A stretch of 61,363 bases of DNA, the filler included. It is 5 parts of 5 records of this genome, joined end to end, with 100 filler letters (N's around TTAATTAATTAA, not from the genome) between each part and the next. Parts side by side here need not be neighbours in the genome. Positions count along the whole stretch, not along the records: positions 31,746 to 55,257 come from SRR2962707_693; 4 more parts are not named here. One strand, given 5' to 3'. Both the position numbers and the translations under genes were made by a program. The notes beneath the pieces are model-generated. The model had not been told where the DNA came from, did no database searches, and saw only the letters and a program-made list of their open reading frames with translations. Shown here piece after piece: positions 38,568-47,954 of this stretch (positions are counted from its first letter, which is position 1; the number at the start of each line of letters is the position of its first letter).

Positions 38568-41500
38568 TCAGACCGCAGGCGCTTCGCCGCCAAGCAGCTC
38601 AGCATTGCCACCAGCCGCCGTTGTATCAACGCATACATGGCGCTCAACAACCAAACCTTCACCAAAGTTTTTCTGCGTGAGCAACGGAATGATTGCACCA
38701 TAACGCGCAGCCAATGCTTGGCGCAAATCAGCAACGTCATCACACGAGATCACAACCGCATCCAGATCAGATACCGTGGTGAGCGCTTCAGCGCTGACTA
38801 CTCCGTCAAGCCCATCAGTCACGCCGGGCGCAACGGCCAAAGCAATACAGCCAATTTCATGGGCAACTTGCGCTTGTTCCATCGCCAATTCCGCCGTTGG
38901 ACCAAGACACAAAACGCGCTTGCGTGGGTGCAAACTATATTGGTTTGATTCACCTGTCGGTCCCGGCATTGAAATCGGCGGCATTTTGGTTTTTGGCAAC
39001 GGCTTTTGGCGCGCAAAGGCAGCATCAATTTCTTTAGCGCTGATTTCTTTGCCAGCCTCAGCGGGTGCAAAATCATATTCGTTTTTGACGAAGCGTTTGA
39101 GATACCGCGGGCCACCGGCTTTCGGTCCTGTGCCGCTGAGGCCCTCACCGCCAAATGGCTGTGAGCCTACAACTGCGCCAATTTGGTTGCGGTTGATGTA
39201 AATATTGCCCGCTTTGACACGGTCCACAATATACTGAACACGGTCATCGATACGGCTGTGCAGACCAAATGTCAGACCAAAGCCCTTATTGTTGACGGAA
39301 TCGAGAGCCTTGCTCAAATCACGGCTTGCGAAGGTCGCGATGTGCAACACGGGCCCGAAAATTTCTTCGGCCATGTCTTCAATGCCGTTAACACTGACAA
39401 CGCACGGACCAATAAAATGACCCGCAACGGGCTGCGGAATGCTTTTCAGCAAGCGGTCTTCACTTTGGGCCACATCAACATAGTCTTTAATTTTCGCCGC
39501 TGCTTTCTCGTCAATGATCGGGCCGACATCGGTTGTAAACAGGCGTGGATCACCGAGTTCCAATTCATCCATCGCGCCGTAGAGCATTTTCAAAAAGCCA
39601 TCAGCAATGTCTTTTTGCAAGTACAAAATGCGCAGCGCACTACAGCGTTGACCGGCCGATTGAAACGCCGAGGCAATCACATCGCGCACCGCCTGTTCGG
39701 GCAGAGCCGTGCTATCAACAACCATCGCATTAAGACCGCCGGTCTCCGCAATCAGCGGCGCATGCGGCGCAAGATTTTTTGCCATTGAGCGGTTAATGCG
39801 CTGCGCGGTAGCCGTTGATCCAGTAAATACAATACCGTTAACCGCAGGATTTTCGCTCAAAACAGAGCCAACTTCTGCGCCCGTTCCGGCCAATAATTTC
39901 AGCGACTTTTTAGGCACGCCCGCTTTAATGAGCAATGACACGGCAAAATCAGCGATCAAACAGGTTGCTTCAGCAGGCTTGGCGACAACGCCATTGCCCG
40001 CAGCTAATGCCGCCGCAATTTGGCCGGTGAAAATAGCCAGTGGAAAATTCCACGGCGAAATACAGGCAAAAATGCCGGCAGCTTCGCCTTTTTCAATTTC
40101 AGCTTCAACCGCATAGTAGCGCAGAAAATCGACCGCTTCGCGCAGCTCGCCAATACAATCGGCCAGTGTTTTACCTGCTTCACGCATCAACAAAGCGCAA
40201 ATCTCAAACACATTATCTTCATAAAGATCAGCGGCCTTGCATAGAATTACAGCCCGCTCGCTCTCTGACTTGCCGCTCCATGGTGTCACAGCTTTGCAGG
40301 CTTTGGCCGCTTCCTCGGCCGTGGCATATTGTACTGTCCCAACCAATGCGCCGGTCGCCGGATTGATCACCTCAACCTTTTCGCCAGAACCTGACTTGCA
40401 ATGCCAATTCTTGTCATCAAAAGCAGCGATGCCTGCTTCCAATTCAGCCAATGTGGATGGATCATGTAAATTCCAACCGCGCGAATTTCTGCGGCTTGGC
40501 TCAAATAGTTCCTGCGGCAATTGGATCGCATTATTATGCGGCGCATCCAAATAGGCTTTAACCTCTTCAATTGGGTCAGATGCCACTTCTTCGGGTGGCA
40601 CATTCTCATCAACAATCTGGTTGACGAAAGACGAATTGGCACCGTTTTCCAAAAGACGGCGCACGAGATAGGCTAGCAAATCCTTGTGCGCACCCACAGG
40701 GGCATAAATCCGGCAACGTGTATTTTCCGCTTCCAGCACATTGGTGTGCATCGCTTCGCCCATGCCGTGAAGACGCTGGAACTCAAACGCTGATTTGTCG
40801 TCTGCCAATTCCAAAATTGCGGCAACCGTGTGCGCATTATGCGTGGCAAACTGAGGGTAAATACGGTCTGTCATACCAAGCAGTTTTTTCGCGCAGCAAA
40901 TATAGCTGACATCGGTGGATGCTTTGCGCGTGAAAACTGGGAAGCCCTCATGGCCTTCAACTTGCGAAAGTTTGATTTCTGTATCCCAATAAGCGCCCTT
41001 GACCAAGCGCACCATGATGCGTCGATCAAGCCGCTTTGACAGATCATAGAGCCAGTCCAAAACATAAGGGGCTTGCAAGCCATAGGCCTGAACCACAACG
41101 CCAAAACCATCCCAGTTTTTAAATGCTGGATCGCGCAGAACTGTCTCAATCACATCCAGCGAAAGCTCAAGACGCCCCTGCTCTTCAGCGTCAATATTGA
41201 GGCCAATTCCTGCCGATTTAGCCAGCACGGCAAGCGAATGGGCGCGCGGCACAAGGCTATCCATCACATCTTGTTTTTTACCTGTTTCATAGCGCGGGTG
41301 AAGGGCGGACAATTTGATAGAAATGCCGGGATTAGCGCGAATATCATTGCCCCTAACAGACTCAGATAGAGCGCTGATCGCATCGCAATAGGCGATATGA
41401 TAATGCTTGGCATCAGCTTCCGTGCGAGCCGCTTCACCCAGCATATCATAGGAATAGGTAAAGCCTTTGGCCTCCATACCTTTGCCACGGCGCATAGCGC

Positions 41501-42017
41501 TCTCAATGGTTTGACCAAGCACAAATTGGCGACCCATTTCTTTCATCACACGCGATACGGCTTGGCGAATAACCGGCTCACCAAGGCGTTTAATCGCACT
41601 GCGCAATGTGCGCGCTACGGACGGCGTTTCGCCATCATCCAGCACTTTACCAGTGACGAAAAGCGCCCAAGTTGAAGCGTTCACCAGCGATGAGTGAGAT
41701 TTGCCCAGATGTTTGCCCCACTCGCTGGGTGCAATTTTATCGTCAATCAGCGCATCCATTGTGGTGTCATCAGGCACGCGCAAAAGCGCTTCGGCCAAAC
41801 ACATAAGCGCAATCCCTTCTGCGCTCGAAAGGCCATATTCACCAAGGAAAAGCTCCATCACACCTGGATCACTATCCTCGCGAATACGGCGCACAAGACC
41901 AACGGCCCGTGTACCAATTTTCTCCCGCAATTCCGGCGAAATTTCATTCGCTGAAAGGAGGGCTTCAAGAGCGTCAGATTCAGTCAATTTAGCGCGGGAT
42001 TGATAAGGATTAAGCAT
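38568..42017 (-). CDS. putA: Bifunctional proline dehydrogenase / glutamate-semialdehyde dehydrogenase (no N-terminal DNA-binding domain)
   Basis: SYDMLGEAA, SIKLSALHPRY, IDAEE, VRLVKGAYWD, QFATHNAHT, FEFQRLHGMG, YLVRRLLENGANSSF, ISPWNFP and SAGQRCSA. ATG 42017 with GGAG RBS. Confidence 0.96.
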   Translation of the reverse strand: MLNPYQSRAKLTESDALEALLSANEISPELREKIGTRAVGLVRRIREDSDPGVMELFLGEYGLSSAEGIALMCLAEALLRVPDDTTMDALIDDKIAPSEWGKHLGKSHSSLVNASTWALFVTGKVLDDGETPSVARTLRSAIKRLGEPVIRQAVSRVMKEMGRQFVLGQTIESAMRRGKGMEAKGFTYSYDMLGEAARTEADAKHYHIAYCDAISALSESVRGNDIRANPGISIKLSALHPRYETGKKQDVMDSLVPRAHSLAVLAKSAGIGLNIDAEEQGRLELSLDVIETVLRDPAFKNWDGFGVVVQAYGLQAPYVLDWLYDLSKRLDRRIMVRLVKGAYWDTEIKLSQVEGHEGFPVFTRKASTDVSYICCAKKLLGMTDRIYPQFATHNAHTVAAILELADDKSAFEFQRLHGMGEAMHTNVLEAENTRCRIYAPVGAHKDLLAYLVRRLLENGANSSFVNQIVDENVPPEEVASDPIEEVKAYLDAPHNNAIQLPQELFEPSRRNSRGWNLHDPSTLAELEAGIAAFDDKNWHCKSGSGEKVEVINPATGALVGTVQYATAEEAAKACKAVTPWSGKSESERAVILCKAADLYEDNVFEICALLMREAGKTLADCIGELREAVDFLRYYAVEAEIEKGEAAGIFACISPWNFPLAIFTGQIAAALAAGNGVVAKPAEATCLIADFAVSLLIKAGVPKKSLKLLAGTGAEVGSVLSENPAVNGIVFTGSTATAQRINRSMAKNLAPHAPLIAETGGLNAMVVDSTALPEQAVRDVIASAFQSAGQRCSALRILYLQKDIADGFLKMLYGAMDELELGDPRLFTTDVGPIIDEKAAAKIKDYVDVAQSEDRLLKSIPQPVAGHFIGPCVVSVNGIEDMAEEIFGPVLHIATFASRDLSKALDSVNNKGFGLTFGLHSRIDDRVQYIVDRVKAGNIYINRNQIGAVVGSQPFGGEGLSGTGPKAGGPRYLKRFVKNEYDFAPAEAGKEISAKEIDAAFARQKPLPKTKMPPISMPGPTGESNQYSLHPRKRVLCLGPTAELAMEQAQVAHEIGCIALAVAPGVTDGLDGVVSAEALTTVSDLDAVVISCDDVADLRQALAARYGAIIPLLTQKNFGEGLVVERHVCVDTTAAGGNAELLGGEAPAV

Positions 42018-42136
42018 GGCGATCTCCAAGAATTTTCCTGTGTAACATCAAATTACTTGCATTTTCATCTAAATATCGTCATTCATTAGGACTATTCTAC
42101 TTTAAATAGCCCAGTAATTAGGAAACTAGATAAATC

Positions 42137-42604
42137 GTGGAAAATCAACTTGACGCTTTTGACCACAAAATTTTAGCTGCCATTGGCGCGGATGCACGAA
42201 TCACAATAACCGATCTATCGGCCATTGTGGGATTGTCTAAAACACCCTGCCACGCCCGCCTAAAACGGCTAGAGGCCGATGGATATATTTTAGGATACCG
42301 CGCACTTATCGATCCAGTCAAATTGGGGCTAGATCACATCGCTTTTGTGGAAGTAAAATTATCTGATACGCGCGCCAAAGCGCTCGATGATTTTAACAAA
42401 GCAGTTTGCAAATTACCCGAAGTTGAACAGTGTCACATGATCGCGGGCGGCTTTGATTATCTGCTAAAAGTACGGTCACAAAACATGACCGACTACCGCC
42501 TTCTGCTGGGCCAGAAAATTTCAGCATTGCCGCATGTGGCGCAAACCGCAACCTATGTTTCTATGGAAGCGGTAAAAGAACTGGCAGTCCTAGAACAACC
42601 TTAA
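42137..42604 (+). CDS. putR: Lrp/AsnC-family regulator divergent from putA (PutR-like)
   Basis: LDAFDHKIL..VGLSKTPCHARLKRLE HTH and CHMIAGGFDYLLKV. Divergent arrangement with putA. Confidence 0.88.
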   Translation: MENQLDAFDHKILAAIGADARITITDLSAIVGLSKTPCHARLKRLEADGYILGYRALIDPVKLGLDHIAFVEVKLSDTRAKALDDFNKAVCKLPEVEQCHMIAGGFDYLLKVRSQNMTDYRLLLGQKISALPHVAQTATYVSMEAVKELAVLEQP

Positions 42605-42607
42605 AGG

Positions 42608-43966
42608 TCAGCTCCCAAACAGGCGATCTAGGCTCTGCTGCTGCATGGCCTCATAAAGCGCAAATTCATCATGCGGCGTGCTGCCGAGCGCCTCGATAAA
42701 GACTGATTTGCTGGATGCCTGCGTGCCCGTATCGCCCATCTTATCGCCAAGATTAGACTGGAAAATTCCAGCCGCACTCACTGGCAAAAAGTCTTCATAG
42801 ATTATCGGCGTAATCGTAAAAGCACCGCTATCTAAAAGATCACCGAGCGGCAAATCGGCAACATCGCCCTTAGCGTGATAAGTAAAATAGCCAAGCCCTT
42901 GATCATGGATCTGGCGCCAATCATCGGGAAATGCGCTAAAAACATCTGCCAATATAGTCTCGTAGTCTCGCGCATTGCTGCCATCAGGCGCAGGCACGCT
43001 TTTCTCGCGCACGGCGTCTAATAATTCGTCATAAAGCGCACGGCCTTTTGGCGTTAGCGCAATACCGCGTTGTTCAATCTCACCAAAGCGAGCCGTATGG
43101 CTGCCCAAAGCGCCGTCTTCTTGGCCGATAAATTGCACCGCTTCCTCAAGCGCCTTAAAGCTGGTCTGGCGCAGCAAAATTGGACAATTGCGCCGCGGCG
43201 GACCTTCAATCACCGCTTTGGCTGGAAGGCCAAAGGAAACCATTTTTTCCTGCGCGGCATCAATATGCAAGGTGCGCGGCGTCAAATGGTTGATATGCGG
43301 CCCAGCAAAGCCAACGATATCGGCAATCAGTCGGTGCGCATCATGCAAGCGTTGATACGTCTCAAGATCAACCCGCGCTTTTGTTTGCCAGCGAAATGTT
43401 TCGAGCACTTCAGCGATAAATTCAGCTGCCTGCGCACCATCTAATCCGCCCTGCACTTCCGCCAATGCGGTAAGTTCCAGCGCTCTATCGCTGAATATAT
43501 CCCGCGAGGCCAAAATTTCGGTCGCCTTTTCGCGCATCACATCATCGCTGATCAGCTCAAGGCGTAGCAAAGAGGTGAACACGCGAAACGGATTTTGCTT
43601 AAGTGCGGCACGGTCAACGGGGCGAAACGCCGTAGAATGAACCGGAATGCCCGCAGTGCTTAAATCATAATAGCCAACCGGCTCCATACCCATAACTGCA
43701 AAAACGCGCCGCATATTGGAAAGTTCTTGTGCAGTACCAACACGGATAGCGCCGTGCCGTTCAGCAGATATGCGCTCAATGCCATCATCGGCATCAAGCC
43801 CAAGCGCCTGCGCATCGCTCGCAGCTAGAACGGCGTCATTCACACCTTCAACAATTGAAATGAGATCGCCATAGGCTGGCACTTCATCGCGGTACATCAC
43901 AGACATTGCCTGCGCAAATTCAGCGCGAATGCTATCGCTAGAAACCAGTTTTTCCATATCAATCAT
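42608..43966 (-). CDS. hglS: DUF1338 2-oxoadipate dioxygenase/decarboxylase (HglS/YdcJ-like)
   Basis: MYRDEVPAYG, ERHGAIRVGT, FRVFTSLL, PHINHLTPR, HTARFGEIEQRG and YEDFLPVSAAGIFQSNL. Confidence 0.88.
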   Translation of the reverse strand: MIDMEKLVSSDSIRAEFAQAMSVMYRDEVPAYGDLISIVEGVNDAVLAASDAQALGLDADDGIERISAERHGAIRVGTAQELSNMRRVFAVMGMEPVGYYDLSTAGIPVHSTAFRPVDRAALKQNPFRVFTSLLRLELISDDVMREKATEILASRDIFSDRALELTALAEVQGGLDGAQAAEFIAEVLETFRWQTKARVDLETYQRLHDAHRLIADIVGFAGPHINHLTPRTLHIDAAQEKMVSFGLPAKAVIEGPPRRNCPILLRQTSFKALEEAVQFIGQEDGALGSHTARFGEIEQRGIALTPKGRALYDELLDAVREKSVPAPDGSNARDYETILADVFSAFPDDWRQIHDQGLGYFTYHAKGDVADLPLGDLLDSGAFTITPIIYEDFLPVSAAGIFQSNLGDKMGDTGTQASSKSVFIEALGSTPHDEFALYEAMQQQSLDRLFGS

Positions 43967-43974
43967 CTTTTCAA

Positions 43975-45348
43975 TTAACGCCGTGTTGAAAGCGTAACGA
44001 TCTGACTTTCAAGATGTATAATCAAGGCTTCGGCGATGTCTTTTTTGGTTGATGCCTCAATACCCTCTAAACCAGGCGATGAATTGACTTCCAAAACCTT
44101 CGGTCCGGTTGAGCTTTCGAGAATATCAACGCCGGCAACCGACAGACCCAGTTCTTTCACCGCTTTAATCGCCACGGCTCTGACTTCCTTGGTCAAAGGA
44201 AAGCGTGTTGCCGTACCGCCGCGGTGGAGGTTCGAGCGAAACTCGCCCTTTGCGCCTTGCCGTTTCATCGCGCCCACAGCGCGCTTGCCAATCACGAAAA
44301 CCCTGACATCAGCACCCCGAGCTTCGGCAATATATTCCTGAACCAGAAAGTTGGCGTCTAAGCCGCGAAATGCTTCAACAAGGCTCTCGCCCGCTTTGCG
44401 CGTTTCGGCCAAAACAACACCGCGCCCCTGCGTGGATGATAAAAGTTTAACGACCACCGGCGCACCGCCGACGAGATTAAGCAAATCCTTATTGTCTTTC
44501 GGCGAATTTGCAAAAGCGGTAACCGGCATACCAACACCGGCCCGTGACAAAATCTGATGCGCCAACAATTTATCGCGCGATGCCCCAATCGCTTCAGCTG
44601 AATTCAAACAATATGTGCCTGTAATCGCAAACTGGCGCAGTACCGCCATGCCATAAGCCGTCATCGAAGCGCCGATACGCGGTATCACCGCATCATAGCG
44701 CGGCAGAACTTTGCCATCATAATGGACCTGCGGATCGCCGTCGCCCATTTGCAGATAGCAACGACCCGTATCGATCACATCAATCGAATGGCCCCGCGCT
44801 TCGGCCGCTTCCACAATGCGCTGACTTGAATAATTCGCTGCCTCACGCGTAAGCAATGCCAAGCGCAAGGGCCGTTTAATCGGCTTGCGGCGCGGCAAAT
44901 CCTTATAGCTATCAAAAGATAGAACTGGCTGCACGCAAGACACATTCGGATCAACGATCATATCATCACTAATCGCTGCGCGGCCAAGCAACATGCGATA
45001 ATTCATGGATGTGCGGTCTGTGAGTGTCAGATCAACCGGCCAAGTGCGATCGCCCATTTTTAGGTCCGCACGGATGACATAGCGCAATTCGCTTTCGCCA
45101 TTGGAACTTGTCACCATGCGCCGGTCTATGACAGGCGCAGAACACACAACACCCAATTCCAAATTGGCAGGATTGGGCTGAACCAAGAAGCGGACTTGCG
45201 GCTTTTTGGCAGTGCCAAATGGCTCGATCACCGACGCATGAAGCGCAGACGTACGCGCGCCGGTATCCACCTTCGCTTTAAGCGCAGGCAGGCCAAGCTC
45301 TGGAAGCGAGAGCCATTCCTCCCATCCCAAGGTCATTTGTTTGTCCAT
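43975..45348 (-). CDS. rimK: Fusion of a retropepsin-like protease (RimB / so-called ATP-dependent Zn protease family) and RimK alpha-L-glutamate ligase
   Basis: N-domain LGWEEW..AKVDTGARTSALHA..TSSNG..MLLGR. C-domain AVIPRIGAS, RDKL, GGAPVVVKL..TQGRGV, LVQEYI, FRSNLHRGG and LEVNSSPGLEGIE. Confidence 0.9.
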   Translation of the reverse strand: MDKQMTLGWEEWLSLPELGLPALKAKVDTGARTSALHASVIEPFGTAKKPQVRFLVQPNPANLELGVVCSAPVIDRRMVTSSNGESELRYVIRADLKMGDRTWPVDLTLTDRTSMNYRMLLGRAAISDDMIVDPNVSCVQPVLSFDSYKDLPRRKPIKRPLRLALLTREAANYSSQRIVEAAEARGHSIDVIDTGRCYLQMGDGDPQVHYDGKVLPRYDAVIPRIGASMTAYGMAVLRQFAITGTYCLNSAEAIGASRDKLLAHQILSRAGVGMPVTAFANSPKDNKDLLNLVGGAPVVVKLLSSTQGRGVVLAETRKAGESLVEAFRGLDANFLVQEYIAEARGADVRVFVIGKRAVGAMKRQGAKGEFRSNLHRGGTATRFPLTKEVRAVAIKAVKELGLSVAGVDILESSTGPKVLEVNSSPGLEGIEASTKKDIAEALIIHLESQIVTLSTRR

Positions 45349-45404
45349 TTTAACAATATCCTAGGCGGGAATATCACGCATTTGTATCATGAATATATAT
45401 GTGA

Positions 45405-46154
45405 TTAGTCGCGCTGATCGCCATCAAATTTATAAGATGGGAGCACTTTGAATGCACTGCGCAAAGCATCGCCCCAACCAGACGAAATAGACTGATAGTA
45501 AGGATCTTCAGCCTCTATCCGCGCGGTGTAACCAACTTCCAAAGAGTCTACTTCATAGACTTGAACATCAACCGGTAAACCAACAGACAAATTAGATTTG
45601 ATGGTGGAATCAAAGGAAACCATCATCAATTTAATGGCTTCAGCAAACCCCATATCCGGCTCTAACGCGCGGACCAAAATTGGTTTGCCATATTTTGCTT
45701 CTCCGATCTGAAAGAACGGCGCTTCTTCAGTAATTTCAACAAAATTGCCTTCTGGATAAACAAGAAACAGGGTCATTTCCCCGCCCTTAATCTGCCCACC
45801 AATAATAACGGACGCGCGAAACTCTGATGCGCTGTCCTGTCCCGCAGGCGAGCTTTCGGCAATCACTTGCTTCAGCGTCTTACCGACCAATCGCGCGACC
45901 TGAAACATCGACGGTTGTTCTAGAATTGTAGGATGGCGATCAACAGCCGCCTTTGGGCGCTCATCTAAAAATCCAACAAGCGCCTGTGTCGTCGCCAAAT
46001 TACCGGCAGTCATAAGCGTAACAACACATTCACCGGGCACTTCCCAAGTGAACATTTTTTTCGTGCGAGAAAAATTATCTACGCCCGCATTGGTGCGGGT
46101 GTCAGACATAAAGACCAAACCATTGTTAAGCCGAAGGCCAACGCAGTATGTCAT
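45405..46154 (-). CDS. Anbu proteasome-type Ntn (Thr) protease
   Basis: MTYCVG (Thr1 after Met removal), SDTRTNAGVD, AGNLATTQ, GGQI, YPEGNF, QIGEAKYGKPIL and SNLSVGLP. Confidence 0.92.
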   Translation of the reverse strand: MTYCVGLRLNNGLVFMSDTRTNAGVDNFSRTKKMFTWEVPGECVVTLMTAGNLATTQALVGFLDERPKAAVDRHPTILEQPSMFQVARLVGKTLKQVIAESSPAGQDSASEFRASVIIGGQIKGGEMTLFLVYPEGNFVEITEEAPFFQIGEAKYGKPILVRALEPDMGFAEAIKLMMVSFDSTIKSNLSVGLPVDVQVYEVDSLEVGYTARIEAEDPYYQSISSGWGDALRSAFKVLPSYKFDGDQRD

Positions 46155-46199
46155 TTAGGTATCCATAATGAGAGCGCTGAGGGATCGAATCTCAGTATT

Positions 46200-46997
46200 T
46201 TACTGTTGAACTTGCAGCGATACAATCATCGATTCGACCGCGCCACCAATTCTTACACCAGAAATAGGTGCTGTGTCGCGTGAATCCATGCCTGATGCCA
46301 AACGAATATAGCGTTCATCAGGGGAAATGCGGTTTGACACGTCAAAACCAACCCAGCCCAAGCCGTCAATATGTGCTTCTGCCCATGCGTGACTTGCGTC
46401 TTGATCAATAATGTCGTCGATCAGCAAGTAGCCGCTAATATAACGCGCTGCAACACCGGCATGACGGGCAGCGGCTAAAAATATCTGCGTATGGTCCTGA
46501 CAAACGCCCATGCCTGCCGTAATTGCCTGCTCTGCCGTTGTGCCAGCAAAAGTATTACCCGTTCCAAATGGAACAGCTTCTAAAATTTCCATAGAAAGGC
46601 GATGAAAATCTGCAATTGGATCATCAGTGCTGCCAATAATTTTTGACAGATCACGAATGGCTTTATTGGCCGTCGTGCGCTCGGTCGACTTTTTATAATA
46701 CCAAAGCGGAATGGCGCCATAAGATTGACCGAAAATACCAGCGGTATCCATCGTCTGCACTTCACCAGCAGCGGTAAATTTAAGCGACTGAATACCCGGA
46801 TCTGCTTTAATCAGTAGAACATGATTGCCGTTATGATCTTTATATTGAAGCTCCAATTGCCCGCCAGTGACGTCAATTTTCCAATCCAGAACCTTCTGCT
46901 GCACCGTATCTAGCGGCGTCAGCCGAACCTGCTGTAAAGCGTAGTTCACCTCAGTGTCATAAGCATATTCTGTTGTATGACTAATGTTCAGTTTCAC
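46200..46997 (-). CDS. Bacterial transglutaminase-like protein
   Basis: N-terminal ISHTTEYAY..RLTP. Cys-His-Asp triad GVCQDH, SHAWAE and GFDVSN. GTG start. Confidence 0.92.
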   Translation of the reverse strand: MKLNISHTTEYAYDTEVNYALQQVRLTPLDTVQQKVLDWKIDVTGGQLELQYKDHNGNHVLLIKADPGIQSLKFTAAGEVQTMDTAGIFGQSYGAIPLWYYKKSTERTTANKAIRDLSKIIGSTDDPIADFHRLSMEILEAVPFGTGNTFAGTTAEQAITAGMGVCQDHTQIFLAAARHAGVAARYISGYLLIDDIIDQDASHAWAEAHIDGLGWVGFDVSNRISPDERYIRLASGMDSRDTAPISGVRIGGAVESMIVSLQVQQ

Positions 46998-47009
46998 GGC
47001 TTTATCAAT

Positions 47010-47951
47010 CTATGCGTTAAATCTGTAGTCATTCTCGATCTGCAAACCAATAGCATTATTTTGAGTTATAAACTCACCAATAAATTCATGCAAACCAATG
47101 TCGAAGATCGTCTCAATATCATAGCTCTTAAGCTTTGCGCGATGCGCGTCAGCCATATCATGCGCACGTGTACGCGCCTTATAGTCCAAACTCAAAAAGC
47201 CGAAATTAGCGACAATCTGAGTTGTGCAGAATAAAAGCGAACGCGGGAACCGCGCATCAAGAATAAGGAAATTAGCAATTGATGCAGCCGTCATCTCATC
47301 TTCATTGAGCCAGCGAAACGCACGGTGGGCAGAAACTGATCGCAAAACAGTTTCCCATTGCACATTATCGAGCGAAGAGCCGACAAATTTTGCCGAAGGC
47401 AACAACGTATAATATTTCACATCGATAATACGCGCTGTATTGTCTGCACGTTCAACGGCCGTGCCAAGCTGCGAAAAGAAATAAATGTCATTGCGCAGCA
47501 TCGTGCCCATAACAGCGCCGCGCACAAGTGCGCTTTTTTGCCGAATGAGGCTCAAAATATCTGGCAAGTCTTTTTCTTTAACCGGACGCTTCATCGCTTC
47601 GTTGAGCGCCATCCAGTTTTCATTGACAGATTCCCACACTTCCGTCGTCAGCGCCGTGCGCACGAGACGGGCGTTGGTTCTCGCATTATCAACGACGCTC
47701 AAAACGCTGGAAGGATTGTCACGATCACGCAACAAATAATCGATTACATTTGGCGCATCATAGACATCATATTTGGTGTTAAATCCGTTCTTTGCGCCAG
47801 CAGTCGTCAAAACCGAAGCCCATTCAGAACTTGAATCTTTGGACCGCGTTAGCGCAATCCTAAAGCCCGCTTCAAGCAAGCGAGCGGTATTCTCGCTTCG
47901 CTCCAAAAAACGGAACATCCAATATAATCCACCTGCTGTTTTTCCAAGCAA
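47010..47951 (-). CDS. Alpha-E domain protein (DUF403)
   Basis: LYWMFRFLERSENTARLL, ARTNAR, EVWESVN, second ER motif VERADNTARI, and FPRSL. TTG start 3 nt after the ligase stop. Confidence 0.92.
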   Translation of the reverse strand: MLGKTAGGLYWMFRFLERSENTARLLEAGFRIALTRSKDSSSEWASVLTTAGAKNGFNTKYDVYDAPNVIDYLLRDRDNPSSVLSVVDNARTNARLVRTALTTEVWESVNENWMALNEAMKRPVKEKDLPDILSLIRQKSALVRGAVMGTMLRNDIYFFSQLGTAVERADNTARIIDVKYYTLLPSAKFVGSSLDNVQWETVLRSVSAHRAFRWLNEDEMTAASIANFLILDARFPRSLLFCTTQIVANFGFLSLDYKARTRAHDMADAHRAKLKSYDIETIFDIGLHEFIGEFITQNNAIGLQIENDYRFNA

Positions 47952-47954
47952 CTG

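Noticed and set aside
43975-45348. RimK domain as LysX/ArgX acting on aminoadipate because hglS is adjacent
   Set aside because: The motifs match canonical RimK, and no LysW carrier or lysZ/lysY genes are present.
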